Shown here: piece after piece, positions 11,682 to 22,079 of the stretch
Numbering within the stretch: position 1 is the first letter of the stretch
Layout: each line of letters starts with the position of its first letter
NCBI GenBank assembly: GCA_965205505.1
Contig: CBDBHB010000006.1
Location: forward strand, 256,001-320,000
Length of the DNA: 64,000 nucleotides
Origin: Acidobacteriota bacterium
GTDB taxonomy: Bacteria > Acidobacteriota > UBA890 > WLXD01
Direction of reading: 5' to 3'
Program-made: the position numbers and the translations under genes
Notes under the pieces: model-generated
What the model was told of the DNA's origin: nothing
The model's database searches: none
The model's input: only the letters and a program-made list of their open reading frames with translations

Positions 11682-12486
11682 CGTCGCCCGATCCCCGCCC
11701 ACTGGACAGCATGTACGAGCGTGTCGGCGGCGCGCGCCGCGCAGTCGACTCGCGCGACCACGATCGCTGCTGGCAGCGACAGTGAGGCCGCGGCGCTGAG
11801 CGGAAGGGTGCCGGGATTCCCCATCAGACCATAATCGATTTCGACGCCCGCAAGACCGTCGACCACCGGCTGCCAGTTTCCGCCGTCGTCACGACGTATC
11901 AGCTCGTCGCCCGTCGTGGCAGGTCGAATCTGGTAGGTGCGCAGCATCAAGGGGACCAGTGCCCTCACGGGCCCGTGTTCCTGAAGAATGCGGAGCTGGC
12001 TAGCGTTCCATGCCACCTCGATGAGCCGCTCGGACGAGACCCGCACCGCCCTCACCACGGCGGCCACTGGCACCGCGGGGCTTGCATCGGTCAAGCCAGT
12101 CGCAGCTACCGCATGCCGACCGCTAGCGCCCCGGCCACGGCGACTCGATACCTACCGTTCGCCAGTGCGTCCACTTCCACGGGAGCCCCCACCGGTAGCG
12201 CCAGCGCCACGTTCACGCCTGCCGCGTCCGGCTCGACGACGCCGACGATGCCAGCGGAGGTGATCAGGGGTAGCCGCGATTCCAGCCCTCGTGCCGGGCG
12301 ACGGAGGTCTCCGGACAGCTCCTCGGCGCAGCGCACGGCGCGCATCGTGGCGTCGAGCCGCATCAACCGATCGTGGACGGTGCCGGCAGTGTTCACCATC
12401 AGGCCGAGCACTCCCGCCGCCAGTAGCCCGGTACAGGATGAGGCCACCAGCAGCTCAACGAGCGCGTGCCCCCCGTCGCTTCTCAC
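11678..12486 (-). pseudogene. PilW-like minor pilin, split by a frameshift near 12112
   Basis: GTG start overlaps the pilV stop; GG-HALVELLV prepilin motif; the frame ends at 12106 and resumes as 11678-12094 (LIRR...QPVVDGLAGVEIDYG, PilW-like C-terminus). Confidence 0.55.
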
Positions 12487-12896
12487 CGAGCCACCAGCAG
12501 CCTCGCGCTCGCCAGCGACTCGGGTCCATCGGAACGCGCCGCCACCCCACACCAGGCGCGGACCCAGAGCCACTGTGGTGAGAAACTCGCGAGTGCGTCG
12601 ACCTGTCGTTGGCAACCTGGCACCGAGGGCGGCGGGTCATCCGCAGTGCCCGGGCTTCCATCCGGCCCGGGCAGCGACACCGGGCGCCGGCCGATTGGAT
12701 AGTCGATGCCGGGCGCGGCCGGCTGCGCTAAGGCGCCCACGGCGTCGAGGGCCCTGCGATGATTCTCCGCGGCACCGGTCAGGTCGACCGCCGCGCCGAG
12801 GACGCGCACGATACCCAGCATGGTGATCGCCAGCATCAAGAGGGCGACCATCACCTCGACCAGGCTGAACCCGCCTCGATGCACCTGCTCACTCAT
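12483..12896 (-). CDS. PilV-like minor pilin
   Basis: GG-FSLVEVMVALLMLAITMLG class III signal. Confidence 0.75.
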   Translation of the reverse strand: MSEQVHRGGFSLVEVMVALLMLAITMLGIVRVLGAAVDLTGAAENHRRALDAVGALAQPAAPGIDYPIGRRPVSLPGPDGSPGTADDPPPSVPGCQRQVDALASFSPQWLWVRAWCGVAARSDGPESLASARLLVAR

Positions 12897-12966
12897 GCAC
12901 GGGTGAGACGGACGCGCAGATGGGGCTTCCGATCAGACGACCATTTCCACCTGGCGAAGACCGAAG

Positions 12967-13054
12967 CTAGCAGGCCAGGGACAGTGGGCCCGTGGGCCCG
13001 ACGGAGGCAGGAGGGTGCGCCGCCGTCGGGCTCCACGACCCGCTGGTGCGCTAG
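12967..13054. repeat. Degenerate CTAG-bounded inverted-repeat element
   Basis: Starts CTAGCAGGCC like the 14680 element, has an internal IR (GTGGGCCCGACGG / CCGTCGGGCTCCAC) and ends at the CTAG that forms the stop of the FimT-like gene. Confidence 0.5.
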
Positions 13055-13572
13055 TACGCGTAGCTGTGGTGCGCTACCTCTACCCTGCCGGTGGCTCGGT
13101 TGACCGTGACGGTGAAAACATCTCCAAGTGAGTTGCCCAGGAAGATCTGGTCGTCACTCGCAGTGCTGTCGTTGAGGCTGCCGTCGGAGTGGAATATGAG
13201 CTCGTCGTTGGGCGCGTCGACCGGATCGCTTTCGCCGGAATAGACCACTCCCATCGGCAGAACATGAGGCAGCGGATCGAGAAGTGTCCCCGAGCCGGGC
13301 GGGCCCTGGTATAGCGCGTAGGTACCGGCCCCGACGTCGAAGCCAATCGAGAAGTCGCCGTTCTGGCTAACCGCGCGCATGCGCTGAAGCTGCATCGCTG
13401 CAGCGATCTCCTGTGCCGCTGTACGCACTCGATAGCGCTCCAGCCATTCCTGCATGCTCGGCAAGCCGATCATCGCCATGAGCCCGATCACCGCCATCGT
13501 CACGGTAAGCTCGATCAACGAGAAGCCGCGTTCGTCACGCCGCCCCCGACGCCCTGCTCGTCGCACCCACAT
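13051..13572 (-). CDS. GspH/FimT-family minor pilin
   Basis: RG-FSLIELTVTMAVIGLMAMIGLP, LQRMRAVSQN, IFHSDGS...TGRV C-terminus. Confidence 0.85.
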   Translation of the reverse strand: MWVRRAGRRGRRDERGFSLIELTVTMAVIGLMAMIGLPSMQEWLERYRVRTAAQEIAAAMQLQRMRAVSQNGDFSIGFDVGAGTYALYQGPPGSGTLLDPLPHVLPMGVVYSGESDPVDAPNDELIFHSDGSLNDSTASDDQIFLGNSLGDVFTVTVNRATGRVEVAHHSYAY

Positions 13573-13862
13573 CGCTCGTTGCCCCCTCCTGGAGAATCGC
13601 CTCCAGAGCCCGGCTCGTCCGGGTCCCCGGTGGTCGAATCTGCTGCTGATAGAAGGCAGTCTAGGGATGCGATCGCCAGACTCAGCAGCCCGTTCGCGGC
13701 CGCGCGGGGATGTCCCCCGTCATGTACAGCACAGGCGCGGAAGCGACAGGTCTGGTGCGGCTTCCGCCGTCCTCATCAGGTCGCCCATCGACACGGTTGG
13801 CCAGGGGCGGCCACCCTTCAACCTCGGCGCGCCCGCTCGGCGCCAGAAGAAAGGGTCGGCCT

Positions 13863-14651
13863 CTACGGCGCGACGCCGAAGGTTCGCCAGTACCAGGCGA
13901 AGATCTCGGCGCCCCGGTAGCTCACCAGCACAGCGGCCGCGGCCAGGAACGTCCCGAACGGGAGCGCGTACTCCCAGCCTTTGCGCGAGAACATGATAAA
14001 CAGCGCCCCGACAACGCTGCCGAGCAGCGAGCCGATGAAGATCGTCATCAGCGCGCCCTGCCAGCCGAGGAAGGCCCCGACCAGGAGCATCATCTTCACA
14101 TCCCCCATGCCCATACCCTCACGACCGCGCGCCTTCAGGTACACGAAGGCGACCAGGTAGAGCAAACCGGCCCCCGCCAAGGCGCCAATCAACGAGTCGC
14201 GCCAGGCGACGCGCGGGTCGAAGAATGACAGCAGGAAACCGGCCACGGCGCCCGGAATGGTGATCACGTTGGGCAGGATTCGATGATCAACATCGATCAA
14301 CGCCAGTGCCAGCATGACGTAGGCGAACAACGCGGTCGATGCTGCGCTGGCGGTGAGGCCCGAGTACCAGACTGAGCTAACGAGGATGACGCCGCCGAGC
14401 AGCTCGACCATCGGGTAGCGCCATGGGATCGGTTCGCGGCACGTCGAGCACCGGCCGCGCAGAGCAAGATACGACAACAGCGGCAAGTTCTGGTACCAGT
14501 AGATAGGTGCATCGCATGCCGGGCAAAACGACCGGCGAAAGAGGTCAACGCCGATTGGTACCCGATACACGAACGCGTTGAGGAACGATCCAAAGGCGAG
14601 GCCGAGGGCAAAAGCGACGGCGGTCTCGAAAACCTCTAGTCGCATCTCCAT
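13863..14651 (-). CDS. pilD: Prepilin peptidase/N-methyltransferase (A24)
   Basis: GSFLNA, two CxxC zinc motifs (CPAC, CSTC), IDVDHRILPN, MGMGDVK, LPFGTFL. Start approximate. Confidence 0.95.
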   Translation of the reverse strand: MEMRLEVFETAVAFALGLAFGSFLNAFVYRVPIGVDLFRRSFCPACDAPIYWYQNLPLLSYLALRGRCSTCREPIPWRYPMVELLGGVILVSSVWYSGLTASAASTALFAYVMLALALIDVDHRILPNVITIPGAVAGFLLSFFDPRVAWRDSLIGALAGAGLLYLVAFVYLKARGREGMGMGDVKMMLLVGAFLGWQGALMTIFIGSLLGSVVGALFIMFSRKGWEYALPFGTFLAAAAVLVSYRGAEIFAWYWRTFGVAP

Positions 14652-14679
14652 CCCTCTCTCGGGGTGTCGCGTGGCGGTG

Positions 14680-14762
14680 CTAGCAGGCGGTGGTGGAAAT
14701 GTGGCGGGCCTGGTCGCGTCGTAACCCTCCGGGCCCGCCACACTTCCACCACGGCTTGCTAG
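14680..14762. mobile_element. 83-bp MITE/REP-like palindromic element with CTAG ends
   Basis: CTAGCAGGCGGTGGTGGAAATGTGGCGGGCC ... GGCCCGCCACACTTCCACCACGGCTTGCTAG, an imperfect IR of about 31 bp; the right CTAG is the TAG stop of 14759-15631. Confidence 0.75.
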
Positions 14763-15631
14763 CGGCTAGCGCGCGACGAACCGTCTCGCGGATCGCGAAC
14801 GGTTCCCGTCACCTGGTCATACGTATATGGCTCGCCTGTAGGCGACGATGGCAAAGACACCATGTACCCCTGGCTCCGTAGCGCGTCGAGAACTCGAGGG
14901 GGCCTTCCGCGGTCGCGCCGGAAACGCTCAATCGCTGCGTGCAGGTGCTCGAGGTCAAGCTCGATCTTCAGGTCGTACACGTGCTGCCATGAAACCGCTT
15001 CTATCTCCTCGTCACCGTTGGCCACCGCCTGACCATGCACATCCACCCAGAGCGCCAGGGCGGCCTGCCGGTCGCCCGAGAGCTCCGCCATACCGGCGCG
15101 GACGCGACTCAGCAGCCGTGGGGTACCGGGGAGCTCCAGGGCGCGATCGAAGTAGTCTGCGGCGCGGCGATAGTCGTCGAGAGCGATCCAGGCATAGTGT
15201 CCTGCTTCCATGAGGTAGATCCAGTCGGCGGGATTTGCCTCCGCACCTTTGTCGAGCAGGCGGATCGCCAACTCAGCGTCGCCCATGTCGATCGCCATGA
15301 TCAACGCGCCCGTGAGGTATGCGTCTTGGTATCGCGGATCGAGGTCGGTGATCACATCGAAAATGCGCCACAGATGGCGACGGCCCTCCTGGCTTCGATT
15401 ATGGCCGTAATACTGGATGCTCCACAGGTAAAGTGCATCGGCAAGCGCCGTCTGGAAACCGAGGCTGGCGGCATCGAGATACTGCCCACTCGGAAGAAAC
15501 AGCAGCGCCTCGGGCTGCGACCATCGAGCTCGTCGGTAATCGACCGACACCTGCGGCATGACCCAGCCGCCAAGACACACGAGCAGCAGAAACCACAGAC
15601 CGGCGGTGTGCAAGAATTCGCTGCGGCTCAT
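14759..15631 (-). CDS. TPR-like membrane-anchored pilus accessory protein (XapA/PilG-like)
   Basis: N-terminal TM, LADALYLWSIQYYG, ITDLDP, TPR-like helices, GspG-like tail; sits with the ABC genes between pilin and pilD. Confidence 0.65.
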   Translation of the reverse strand: MSRSEFLHTAGLWFLLLVCLGGWVMPQVSVDYRRARWSQPEALLFLPSGQYLDAASLGFQTALADALYLWSIQYYGHNRSQEGRRHLWRIFDVITDLDPRYQDAYLTGALIMAIDMGDAELAIRLLDKGAEANPADWIYLMEAGHYAWIALDDYRRAADYFDRALELPGTPRLLSRVRAGMAELSGDRQAALALWVDVHGQAVANGDEEIEAVSWQHVYDLKIELDLEHLHAAIERFRRDRGRPPRVLDALRSQGYMVSLPSSPTGEPYTYDQVTGTVRDPRDGSSRASR

Positions 15632-16398
15632 GTCAGATCTCGACGACGGAACAGGAGCGCCGCCAAGACGAGCATGCCGATGGTGTAGGCCGCGGCGTAG
15701 CCGAGAGCGTCGAACAAGTAGCCACCGCCGACCGGCAGCTCGTGAACCACCCTGCTACGAACGTTGAACGTCTCCAGGTCCGGGAGCGTGTAGTACAACG
15801 CACTGACCAGGATCCGCGCTGCGGTACCCGGAACGAAATCAAGGAGTGTGTTGAAAGCCCATGAGAGGTGCCCGACCACATACACGGCCACGGTAAACAA
15901 CGCCGCCAGCATCGGTGTGGTGAAGCTCGAGAAGACCAAGGCGACGGCCGTGATAATCGATAACTCCACGTAGCTGAGCATCACCGCCGGCAGCAGATGC
16001 GACGGGAAGTTGCCGCTCTTCCACCACACGAGCGCCACGTAGAACAGCGCCATCAGCCCGACTACCGCGGCGAGCGTCATCATCAGACCGAAGTACTTTC
16101 CGACCAGAAACTCCCATCGTGGAACCGGCTTGGCGAGGACAGCGTAGATGGTGCGCTTCTCTACTTCTTTGTGTACGAGCATGATGCCGATGAAAATGGC
16201 GATGACGGTGCCGAACGACGCCAGCGCGGCGAGGCCCAGGTCCGTAACGATCTTCAGCTCGCTGCCCACCGTGAGGAGCGACAGGATCGTCGACGATGCC
16301 ATCATCAGCAACGCGAAGGCCATGAACATCGCCAAGATACGATCGCGGATGGCCTCGCGGAACGTGTTCACCGCGATCGCCGTGACACGATCGATCAT
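15628..16398 (-). CDS. ABC-2 type permease (PilI/XapB-like)
   Basis: IAVNTFREAIRDR, KEVEKRTIYAVLAKPVPRWEFLVGKY, about 6 TMs, FRRRDL end. Confidence 0.88.
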   Translation of the reverse strand: MIDRVTAIAVNTFREAIRDRILAMFMAFALLMMASSTILSLLTVGSELKIVTDLGLAALASFGTVIAIFIGIMLVHKEVEKRTIYAVLAKPVPRWEFLVGKYFGLMMTLAAVVGLMALFYVALVWWKSGNFPSHLLPAVMLSYVELSIITAVALVFSSFTTPMLAALFTVAVYVVGHLSWAFNTLLDFVPGTAARILVSALYYTLPDLETFNVRSRVVHELPVGGGYLFDALGYAAAYTIGMLVLAALLFRRRDLT

Positions 16399-17457
16399 CG
16401 CGCGCCGCCGGCTACCGCTCGTCGCGGCTCAGCGCTGATGTCGCTTCGGCAAGCGTCGGGATCTGTCGGCGGGTCGGCGCCGGTTTGCTCGGACAGGGGC
16501 TCGTGTTTCGATGAAGATTGCCGCGCGGCAACCGGCTGCCGGCCCTGCACTGTTGCAACGAAATACTCCTCGAGCGTGGGGCGGTGCGGGGCGACCTGAA
16601 CGATCCGTCCACCCACCCTACGGACGGTATCTACCCAGCGATCGAGTTGCGCCACGTCGTCGAAGCGAAAGTACAGACAACCACCCTGCTGCGTACGGTG
16701 CACGAACCCGGTCAGGACATCGTCGGGAACGCCCTCACACGCTGTGTCCCAGTAACTGACACGCTCCTCGAGAAGACCCTGCACCGAGCTCTCGGCGAGG
16801 ATTCGGCCCTCAAACAGCAGGCCGACTCGGTCGCACAGGGCCTCGGCGTCGCCGAGGATGTGGCTGGAGAAAAAGACGGTGGTCCCCTTTTCCTTGAGCT
16901 CGAGGATGATGTCCTTGATCTCCCGCCGCCCAATGGGATCGAGCCCCGACATCGACTCATCCAGAATGACCAATTCGGGGTCATTGATCAGCGCCTGTGC
17001 CATTCCGACGCGCTGCAACATTCCTTTGGAAGTATTGCTTGATCGGTAGGTCGGCACGGGCGGCCATGCCCACGCGCTCGAGCAACATCGCCGTCCGCTG
17101 GAGCCGTGTTGCACGGGGCACACCGAAGAGTCGGCCGAAGTAGTCGACCAACTCACGGCCGGTAAGGTGAGGGTAGAAGTACGGCTGCTCCGGCAAGTAT
17201 CCGAGCTTCTGGCGCGCCGCGGGCTCGAAGCCGCTGCGCCCGAAGATCTCGATGGTGCCCCGATCCGGGGTCAGCAGCCCGAGCAAGCACTTCATCGAAG
17301 TGGTCTTGCCAGCGCCGTTCGGCCCCAGGAAACCGTAGATCTCGCCCGGTTCCACACACAGGGAAACGTCGTGAAGCACGGGCTTGTGGCGCAACCAGAA
17401 CCCATACGGCAGCGACTTGGCGACGCCGTCGAACCGAACGATCGGCATTGAGATCAC
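16395..17457 (-). pseudogene. ABC ATPase (PilH/XapD-like), frameshifted at ~17030
   Basis: Walker A GPNGAGKTT in 16981-17457; signature SKGMLQR, Walker B and SSH in 16395-17156. TACTTCCAAA carries one extra T versus Y-S-K. Confidence 0.85.
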
Positions 17458-17570
17458 CCCACTACGTCAGCACGGGGCACGCCGCCACCCGTGGTGCTGC
17501 GAACACACTCATAGTACCGCCCCGTGACCCGCAGCCACCTTCGCCCATCTAAAGACTATCAACCAGCAGG

Positions 17571-17610
17571 AAAAAAAACGAGCCCCCGTCGTTGATCCGA
17601 CAAGGGCTCG
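17571..17610 (-). terminator. Intrinsic terminator after the pilin gene
   Basis: Minus strand CGAGCCCTTGTCG-GATCAA-CGACGGGGGCTCG followed by T8. Confidence 0.85.
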
Positions 17611-17639
17611 GGTGGCCTGCGCCTATCTTGGTGCAGCGA

Positions 17640-18068
17640 TTATTGGCCGGTCGGGGCCTGAGTGAACTGGCCGTTGGTCAGCTCCAGGTCGATATCGTAG
17701 GGATCGTTGATCCACGGGGTCGGCGGAGCCGGGCCGTCCGCGGCGTCGGAAGCATACGACTCGAGGCTGTAGGAGCCGCTGGCCGTGCTGTACTGGAAAG
17801 CGGTTGCCCAAGCATCGTTCAAGGGCACTACCTGCATGTAGGTGGGCTGCAGGTCGGCGAGCGCCGAGGCATAAGCGCCCTGGTCGACACGGTAGGTACC
17901 ATTGGCGGTGGCGACGTTGCGCATGTCGGCCATCGTGCGGCGCTGGCGGCCGCGATCGATCGCGTCGAGCAACTGCGGAACGGCGATCGTCGCGATGATG
18001 CCGACGATGGCTACAACGATCAGCAACTCGATCAGCGAGAAGCCGCTTTCGTCGCGCTTGAAGTTCAT
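17640..18068 (-). CDS. Major type IV pilin (PilA position, GspG-like head)
   Basis: AGGAGG RBS, SG-FSLIELLIVVAIVGIIATIAVP; has its own sigma54 promoter and terminator; lies directly after pilR. Confidence 0.85.
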   Translation of the reverse strand: MNFKRDESGFSLIELLIVVAIVGIIATIAVPQLLDAIDRGRQRRTMADMRNVATANGTYRVDQGAYASALADLQPTYMQVVPLNDAWATAFQYSTASGSYSLESYASDAADGPAPPTPWINDPYDIDLELTNGQFTQAPTGQ

Positions 18069-18164
18069 GATGTTCCTCCTGGGGCTGCGACCCCGTTGCG
18101 GGCCCCAAGGTCGGCATCCGCCAGCCCCAGTAAACCCTGCCAATCATCCGTGATCGATGAGTGG

Positions 18165-18179
18165 GCAACAAACATGCCA
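18165..18179 (-). promoter_or_regulatory. sigma54 (-24/-12) promoter of the pilin gene
   Basis: Minus strand TGGCATGTTTGTTGC, exact GG-N10-GC spacing, adjacent to a sigma54 activator gene. Confidence 0.88.
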
Positions 18180-18251
18180 TAACTTATCAAAAGTCTCGAT
18201 CTAATGTAAAAACATTTAAAAATAGTTAAAAACACAGATAAACGCAGAGCA

Positions 18252-18264
18252 CAAGTTGTTGATT
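18252..18264 (-). promoter_or_regulatory. IHF-binding consensus site
   Basis: Minus strand AATCAACAACTTG matches WATCAANNNNTTR within an AT-rich tract upstream of the sigma54 promoter. Confidence 0.6.
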
Positions 18265-18383
18265 GCAGGGTAATTAGAACTAATAATGATTTTAAGTGAC
18301 TAATAACATTGTTTTCTATGTTTTTTAATTAAATAACGAGTCTTATAGATTTATGAGACGAAATTATAACAGATAGTGTCGAG

Positions 18384-18400
18384 GTGTCGAAATTTGGCAC
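18384..18400. promoter_or_regulatory. Candidate PilR enhancer (UAS)
   Basis: Near-palindrome GTGTCGAAATTTGGCAC about 210 bp upstream of the -24 box. Confidence 0.4.
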
Positions 18401-18419
18401 CCATCAGTGACGCTCCGTG

Positions 18420-19838
18420 TCACTCGGGCCTCGACTCGTCCAGTACGAACTTCTTCGCGTAGTACCGGAACGAGCGAAATGACATGCCCAGGAGCTTCGC
18501 AGCACGAGTCTGCACACCGCCGCTTTGACTGAGCGCCGCTCGCATGTAGTCGCGCTTGACCTGATCGAGGTGAGCCTCCAGGTCTATCCCCTCCCCCGGG
18601 ATGCCACAGCTCACAGGGGAGCTGTCCAGCGCCGATTCGAGAACGGTGGTCACGTCGTCGACCCGCCTGGTACCCGTGACCGTCGGCGGCAAGCTCGACA
18701 ACTGGATCCTCTCTGTCGGCTCCATGGTCATCGCGTGGCGCACGGCGTTCACCAGCTCTCGCACGTTGCCAGGCCATGTGTACTCGCGCAGCGCTTGCCT
18801 CGCCTCCGGCGTCATCCCATCGATCTCTCGCCCGATCTCCGACGCAAGCCGTTCGAAGTAGTGGTCGGCTAGCAGCAATATGTCGTCGGGACGCTGTCGC
18901 AGCGGCGGCAGATCGATCTGGATCACGTTCAACCGGTAGTACAGATCCTCCCGAAACCGGCCGTCGACGAACGCGGCGCGGAGATCTTAGTTTGTCGACG
19001 CAAGAACCCGGACGTCAACCGACGTGTCGCGCGTTGATCCCACCTGTCGAACCATGTGGTCTTCCAGGACACGCAGAAGCTTGGGCTGCATCTCGAGCGG
19101 CATATCGCTGATCTCGTCGAGCAGGATCGTGCCGCCATCCGCGGCCTCGAATAACCCCTCTTTGTGCCGGTCGGCACCAGTGAACGCTCCCTTCACGTGG
19201 CCGAACAACTCGCTCTCCAAGAGCTGCGCCGGCAGCGCCGCACAGTTCACGGCGACGAACGGCGCTGCGCCGCGCTCGCCGTTGTAGTGGATCGCGCGTG
19301 CCACCAACTCCTTGCCGGTGCCACTCTCGCCGACAATCAGAACCGTGGAAGTCGAGTCCTTCACGCGCCGGATGAGATCGAAGACCCTGTGCATCGCGGT
19401 GGAATCGCCGACCAAGTTGCCGATTCCGTGCCGCTCAGTGAGCTCGCCGCGCAACATGACATTCTCGCGCTGCAGCGCCTGTTGCTCGAGTGCGTGTCGA
19501 AGCGTGACCTTGAGCTCCTCAACATCGAAGGGCTTGGTAACGTAGTCATAGGCACCTAGTCGAACGGCCTCGACGGCCGTATCAGTGCTCGCATGCGCGG
19601 TAATTAAGATGACCTCGGTATGCGGCGACTGCTTCCGCACCTGGCGCAGCAACTCCACACCATCGAGACCTGGCATGCGGATGTCCGAGACCACCACATC
19701 AACAGGTTGCTTGCCCAGCATCGCGAGAGCTTCCTCGCCGTCCCGCGCCGCACGCACTTCCCACCCTTCATCGCCCAAGGCGATCGAGAGCATCTCGCGC
19801 ATGCTCGATTCGTCGTCGACGATCAGCACCCGGTCCAA
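18420..19838 (-). pseudogene. pilR: sigma54-dependent response regulator PilR, in-frame TAA at 18987-18989
   Basis: REC domain, GESGTGKE, ESELFGHVKGAFTGA. Sequence reads STN*DLRAAFVDGRFREDLYYRLNV in one frame, then WPGNVREL and a Fis-type HTH. Confidence 0.85.
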
Positions 19839-19989
19839 TGCAACGATCCTCCGCAGAATGATGGCCGGGGGCGCTCAGATCCCGGGGCTGAAGCCCGGGC
19901 TCCCACAAGCCCCATCAACATATACGTAGACGGTCGCGGGACCGGCCAATACGGAAGGCGGAGTGCGCTGCAACTCAACGTCAGCGCCT

Positions 19990-21852
19990 TCACCCGTCGG
20001 AACGCACCGCTCGACTCAGCTCGCCGAACAGTCGTGCCTCGCGCTCGGACCGATCCTCCACGACGACCGTCGACTCACTAGTGGACGCCGCCTCGTTTTC
20101 GAATATCAGTACAAACCGTGAGCCCTTCCCGGGCTCCGACTCGACCTCGATGCGGGCGCCGTGCTGTTCCATGATGCGATACACCATCGCCAGGCCGAGG
20201 CCCGTGCCGGTCTCAACGGAGTCGGCTTGCTTCTCGGATACGACGGGGTGAAAGACACGATCGATGCGATCCGCGGCCATTCCCACGCCCTCGTCCTCGA
20301 ACACCACTGCGGCGCCCCCGCGGCGACGTCGTATAAGCACCCGCAGGCGCCCCCCGTCCGGCATCGCTTGAATGGCGTTGCGTGCCAGGTTCCAGAACAC
20401 TTGCTTCACCCTTTCCGGGTCGACCAAGGCGAAGACTTCACGGGCATCCGAATCTACCGTCAATGAATGGTGGCGGCCCACTTCCGGCGAGTTCTCTAGC
20501 AAATCAACAGTGTCGCGCGCCAGCGCGACCAGGTCAGTGTTGGCTGCCTCGAGTGTCTCGGGGCGAGTGTAATCGAGGAAGTCCTCGATGATCTTCGAGA
20601 CTCCCTCGGATTCTTTGGTAACGATGTCCATCAGGCGCTTGGCCCGTAGCGTATCAGTGCCCACACCGCCTCCGCGCAATACTTGGAGGGACCCCGAGAT
20701 CGCGGCCAGGGGATTGCGAATCTCGTGTGCCAGCGATCCCGCCATCTCACCGAGTACAGCCATGCGCTCACGCATCCAGAACATCCGCTCCATGCGCTTG
20801 ATATCAGAGAGATCCTGAAACATGAAGATGTAGCCGCCCGCCATCGGGCCATCGGACTCGATCGCCCAGGGGCCGGTGGGAAAATACGTGGCGACCTCTG
20901 TCGCGTTCGGTTCTGGACCCTCGTCCACCGCGCCGGCAGGCTCGACCACCCGAGTGATGCTCATCCCGATGGTGCGATACTCCCCGGACGGCACCTGGAT
21001 CTGGCGTTCGGTGCGGTAGATCTGCCGCTCGTTGAGACGCACGTCGAGGTCGCTCATGACGTCGTCTCCGAGACCCAGGACCTGCGCGGCACGCAGACCG
21101 ATCAGCTCCCGTTCCGACCGCTCGGTAATGCGTTCGGCGGCACGGTTGCAAGCGATCACCCTGCCCTCGGGGTCGGCCGCGATCAGGCCGCTGCTCATCC
21201 CTGCCAAGAGCTGGTGGTTGAGTTGCTGCAGAGCCTCAAGTGCCGAGCGCTCCTTACGCAGCGCCGCGCGCGCTCCCCGTAGCCGCTCGGTGTAGGAGCT
21301 CGCCAGGGCGACGATTATGCACGCGGCGAACAACAACATCAGGATCCTGAGATACATCTCGGGCGGCGCTACCGGTGGTCCCGCCTGCCCGAGCCCAAAC
21401 TCCCGCGACGGCAGCCAATCCACGGCCCGCAGGTGGATGAGCAGCCCGTAGCTGACCGCCGTCAAACACGCGATCGCCAGCGCCGTCTGGCGTCCAGTCA
21501 TCACCCCCGCGCCGATGGCGAGTACCAGATACAGAAGCACCAGCGGCGAACGGGCTCCACCGAACACATGTACCAGCAAGGTCACCAGGGCGACATCGAC
21601 CGTCAGCTGGAGCGACAACAAACGGGGCGCCGACATGCCCAACCGCTGTGCCAACACGTACAACAAGGAAACGCCGTAGATCACGGCGATGCTCGCGTGT
21701 ACGGGAGCAAGGGAACGCTGGGTGCCGACCAGGAACTGCGAGTACAGCACCGGGAACAATAGCGCCGTCGCCGTGACGACGCGGAACAGCAGCAGACGCC
21801 GCAGGTTGTTTTCGTGTTCGCGCCCGGCCCGCTCGGCGGTCATCCGGTCCAC
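19990..21852 (-). CDS. pilS: Sensor histidine kinase PilS
   Basis: About 6 N-terminal TMs, PAS, H-box AHEIRNPL, N-box NLARNAIQA, DEGVG, GTGLGL; between pilC and pilR. Confidence 0.88.
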   Translation of the reverse strand: MDRMTAERAGREHENNLRRLLLFRVVTATALLFPVLYSQFLVGTQRSLAPVHASIAVIYGVSLLYVLAQRLGMSAPRLLSLQLTVDVALVTLLVHVFGGARSPLVLLYLVLAIGAGVMTGRQTALAIACLTAVSYGLLIHLRAVDWLPSREFGLGQAGPPVAPPEMYLRILMLLFAACIIVALASSYTERLRGARAALRKERSALEALQQLNHQLLAGMSSGLIAADPEGRVIACNRAAERITERSERELIGLRAAQVLGLGDDVMSDLDVRLNERQIYRTERQIQVPSGEYRTIGMSITRVVEPAGAVDEGPEPNATEVATYFPTGPWAIESDGPMAGGYIFMFQDLSDIKRMERMFWMRERMAVLGEMAGSLAHEIRNPLAAISGSLQVLRGGGVGTDTLRAKRLMDIVTKESEGVSKIIEDFLDYTRPETLEAANTDLVALARDTVDLLENSPEVGRHHSLTVDSDAREVFALVDPERVKQVFWNLARNAIQAMPDGGRLRVLIRRRRGGAAVVFEDEGVGMAADRIDRVFHPVVSEKQADSVETGTGLGLAMVYRIMEQHGARIEVESEPGKGSRFVLIFENEAASTSESTVVVEDRSEREARLFGELSRAVRSDG

Positions 21853-21927
21853 CCCTTACGCCCTCGATATCGGATTCTAGCAGGTTGTTGGCTTCATCCG
21901 ATCGTCTCGGAGGAGAAGCGGATGGCG

Positions 21928-21964
21928 AAAAAAGAGGGGCTGCAGTACAGCCGCAGCCCCTCTT
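21928..21964 (-). terminator. Intrinsic terminator downstream of pilC
   Basis: Minus strand AAGAGGGGCTGC-GGCTGTACT-GCAGCCCCTC-TTTTTT. Confidence 0.8.
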
Positions 21965-22045
21965 GGTAGCTTTCGCCCCGCTACGATCCCCTGATTTTCG
22001 AAAGACCCCGTCTTGCACGTCTGACCGCCGGGTCGGCGGCGGCAC

Positions 22046-22079
22046 CTAGTTGTCCTGTAACAGAGGTTCGTTGCACTAG
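22046..22079. repeat. Solo terminal fragment of the 28.1-kb MITE family
   Basis: CTAGTTGTCCTGTAACAGAGGTTCGTTGCACTAG versus MITE end CTAGTGGCCTGTAACAGATGATCGTTGCA. Confidence 0.7.

Noticed and set aside
17640-18068. Electrically conductive (e-pilin) candidate
   Set aside because: There is no aromatic residue between F1 and Y50 of the mature pilin and the Geobacter F24/Y27 positions are absent.
21965-22045. c-di-GMP-I riboswitch (GTAGCGGGG resembles its 3' end)
   Set aside because: The GGCAAAC/GAAA P2 and GACGCAAAGC core are missing.
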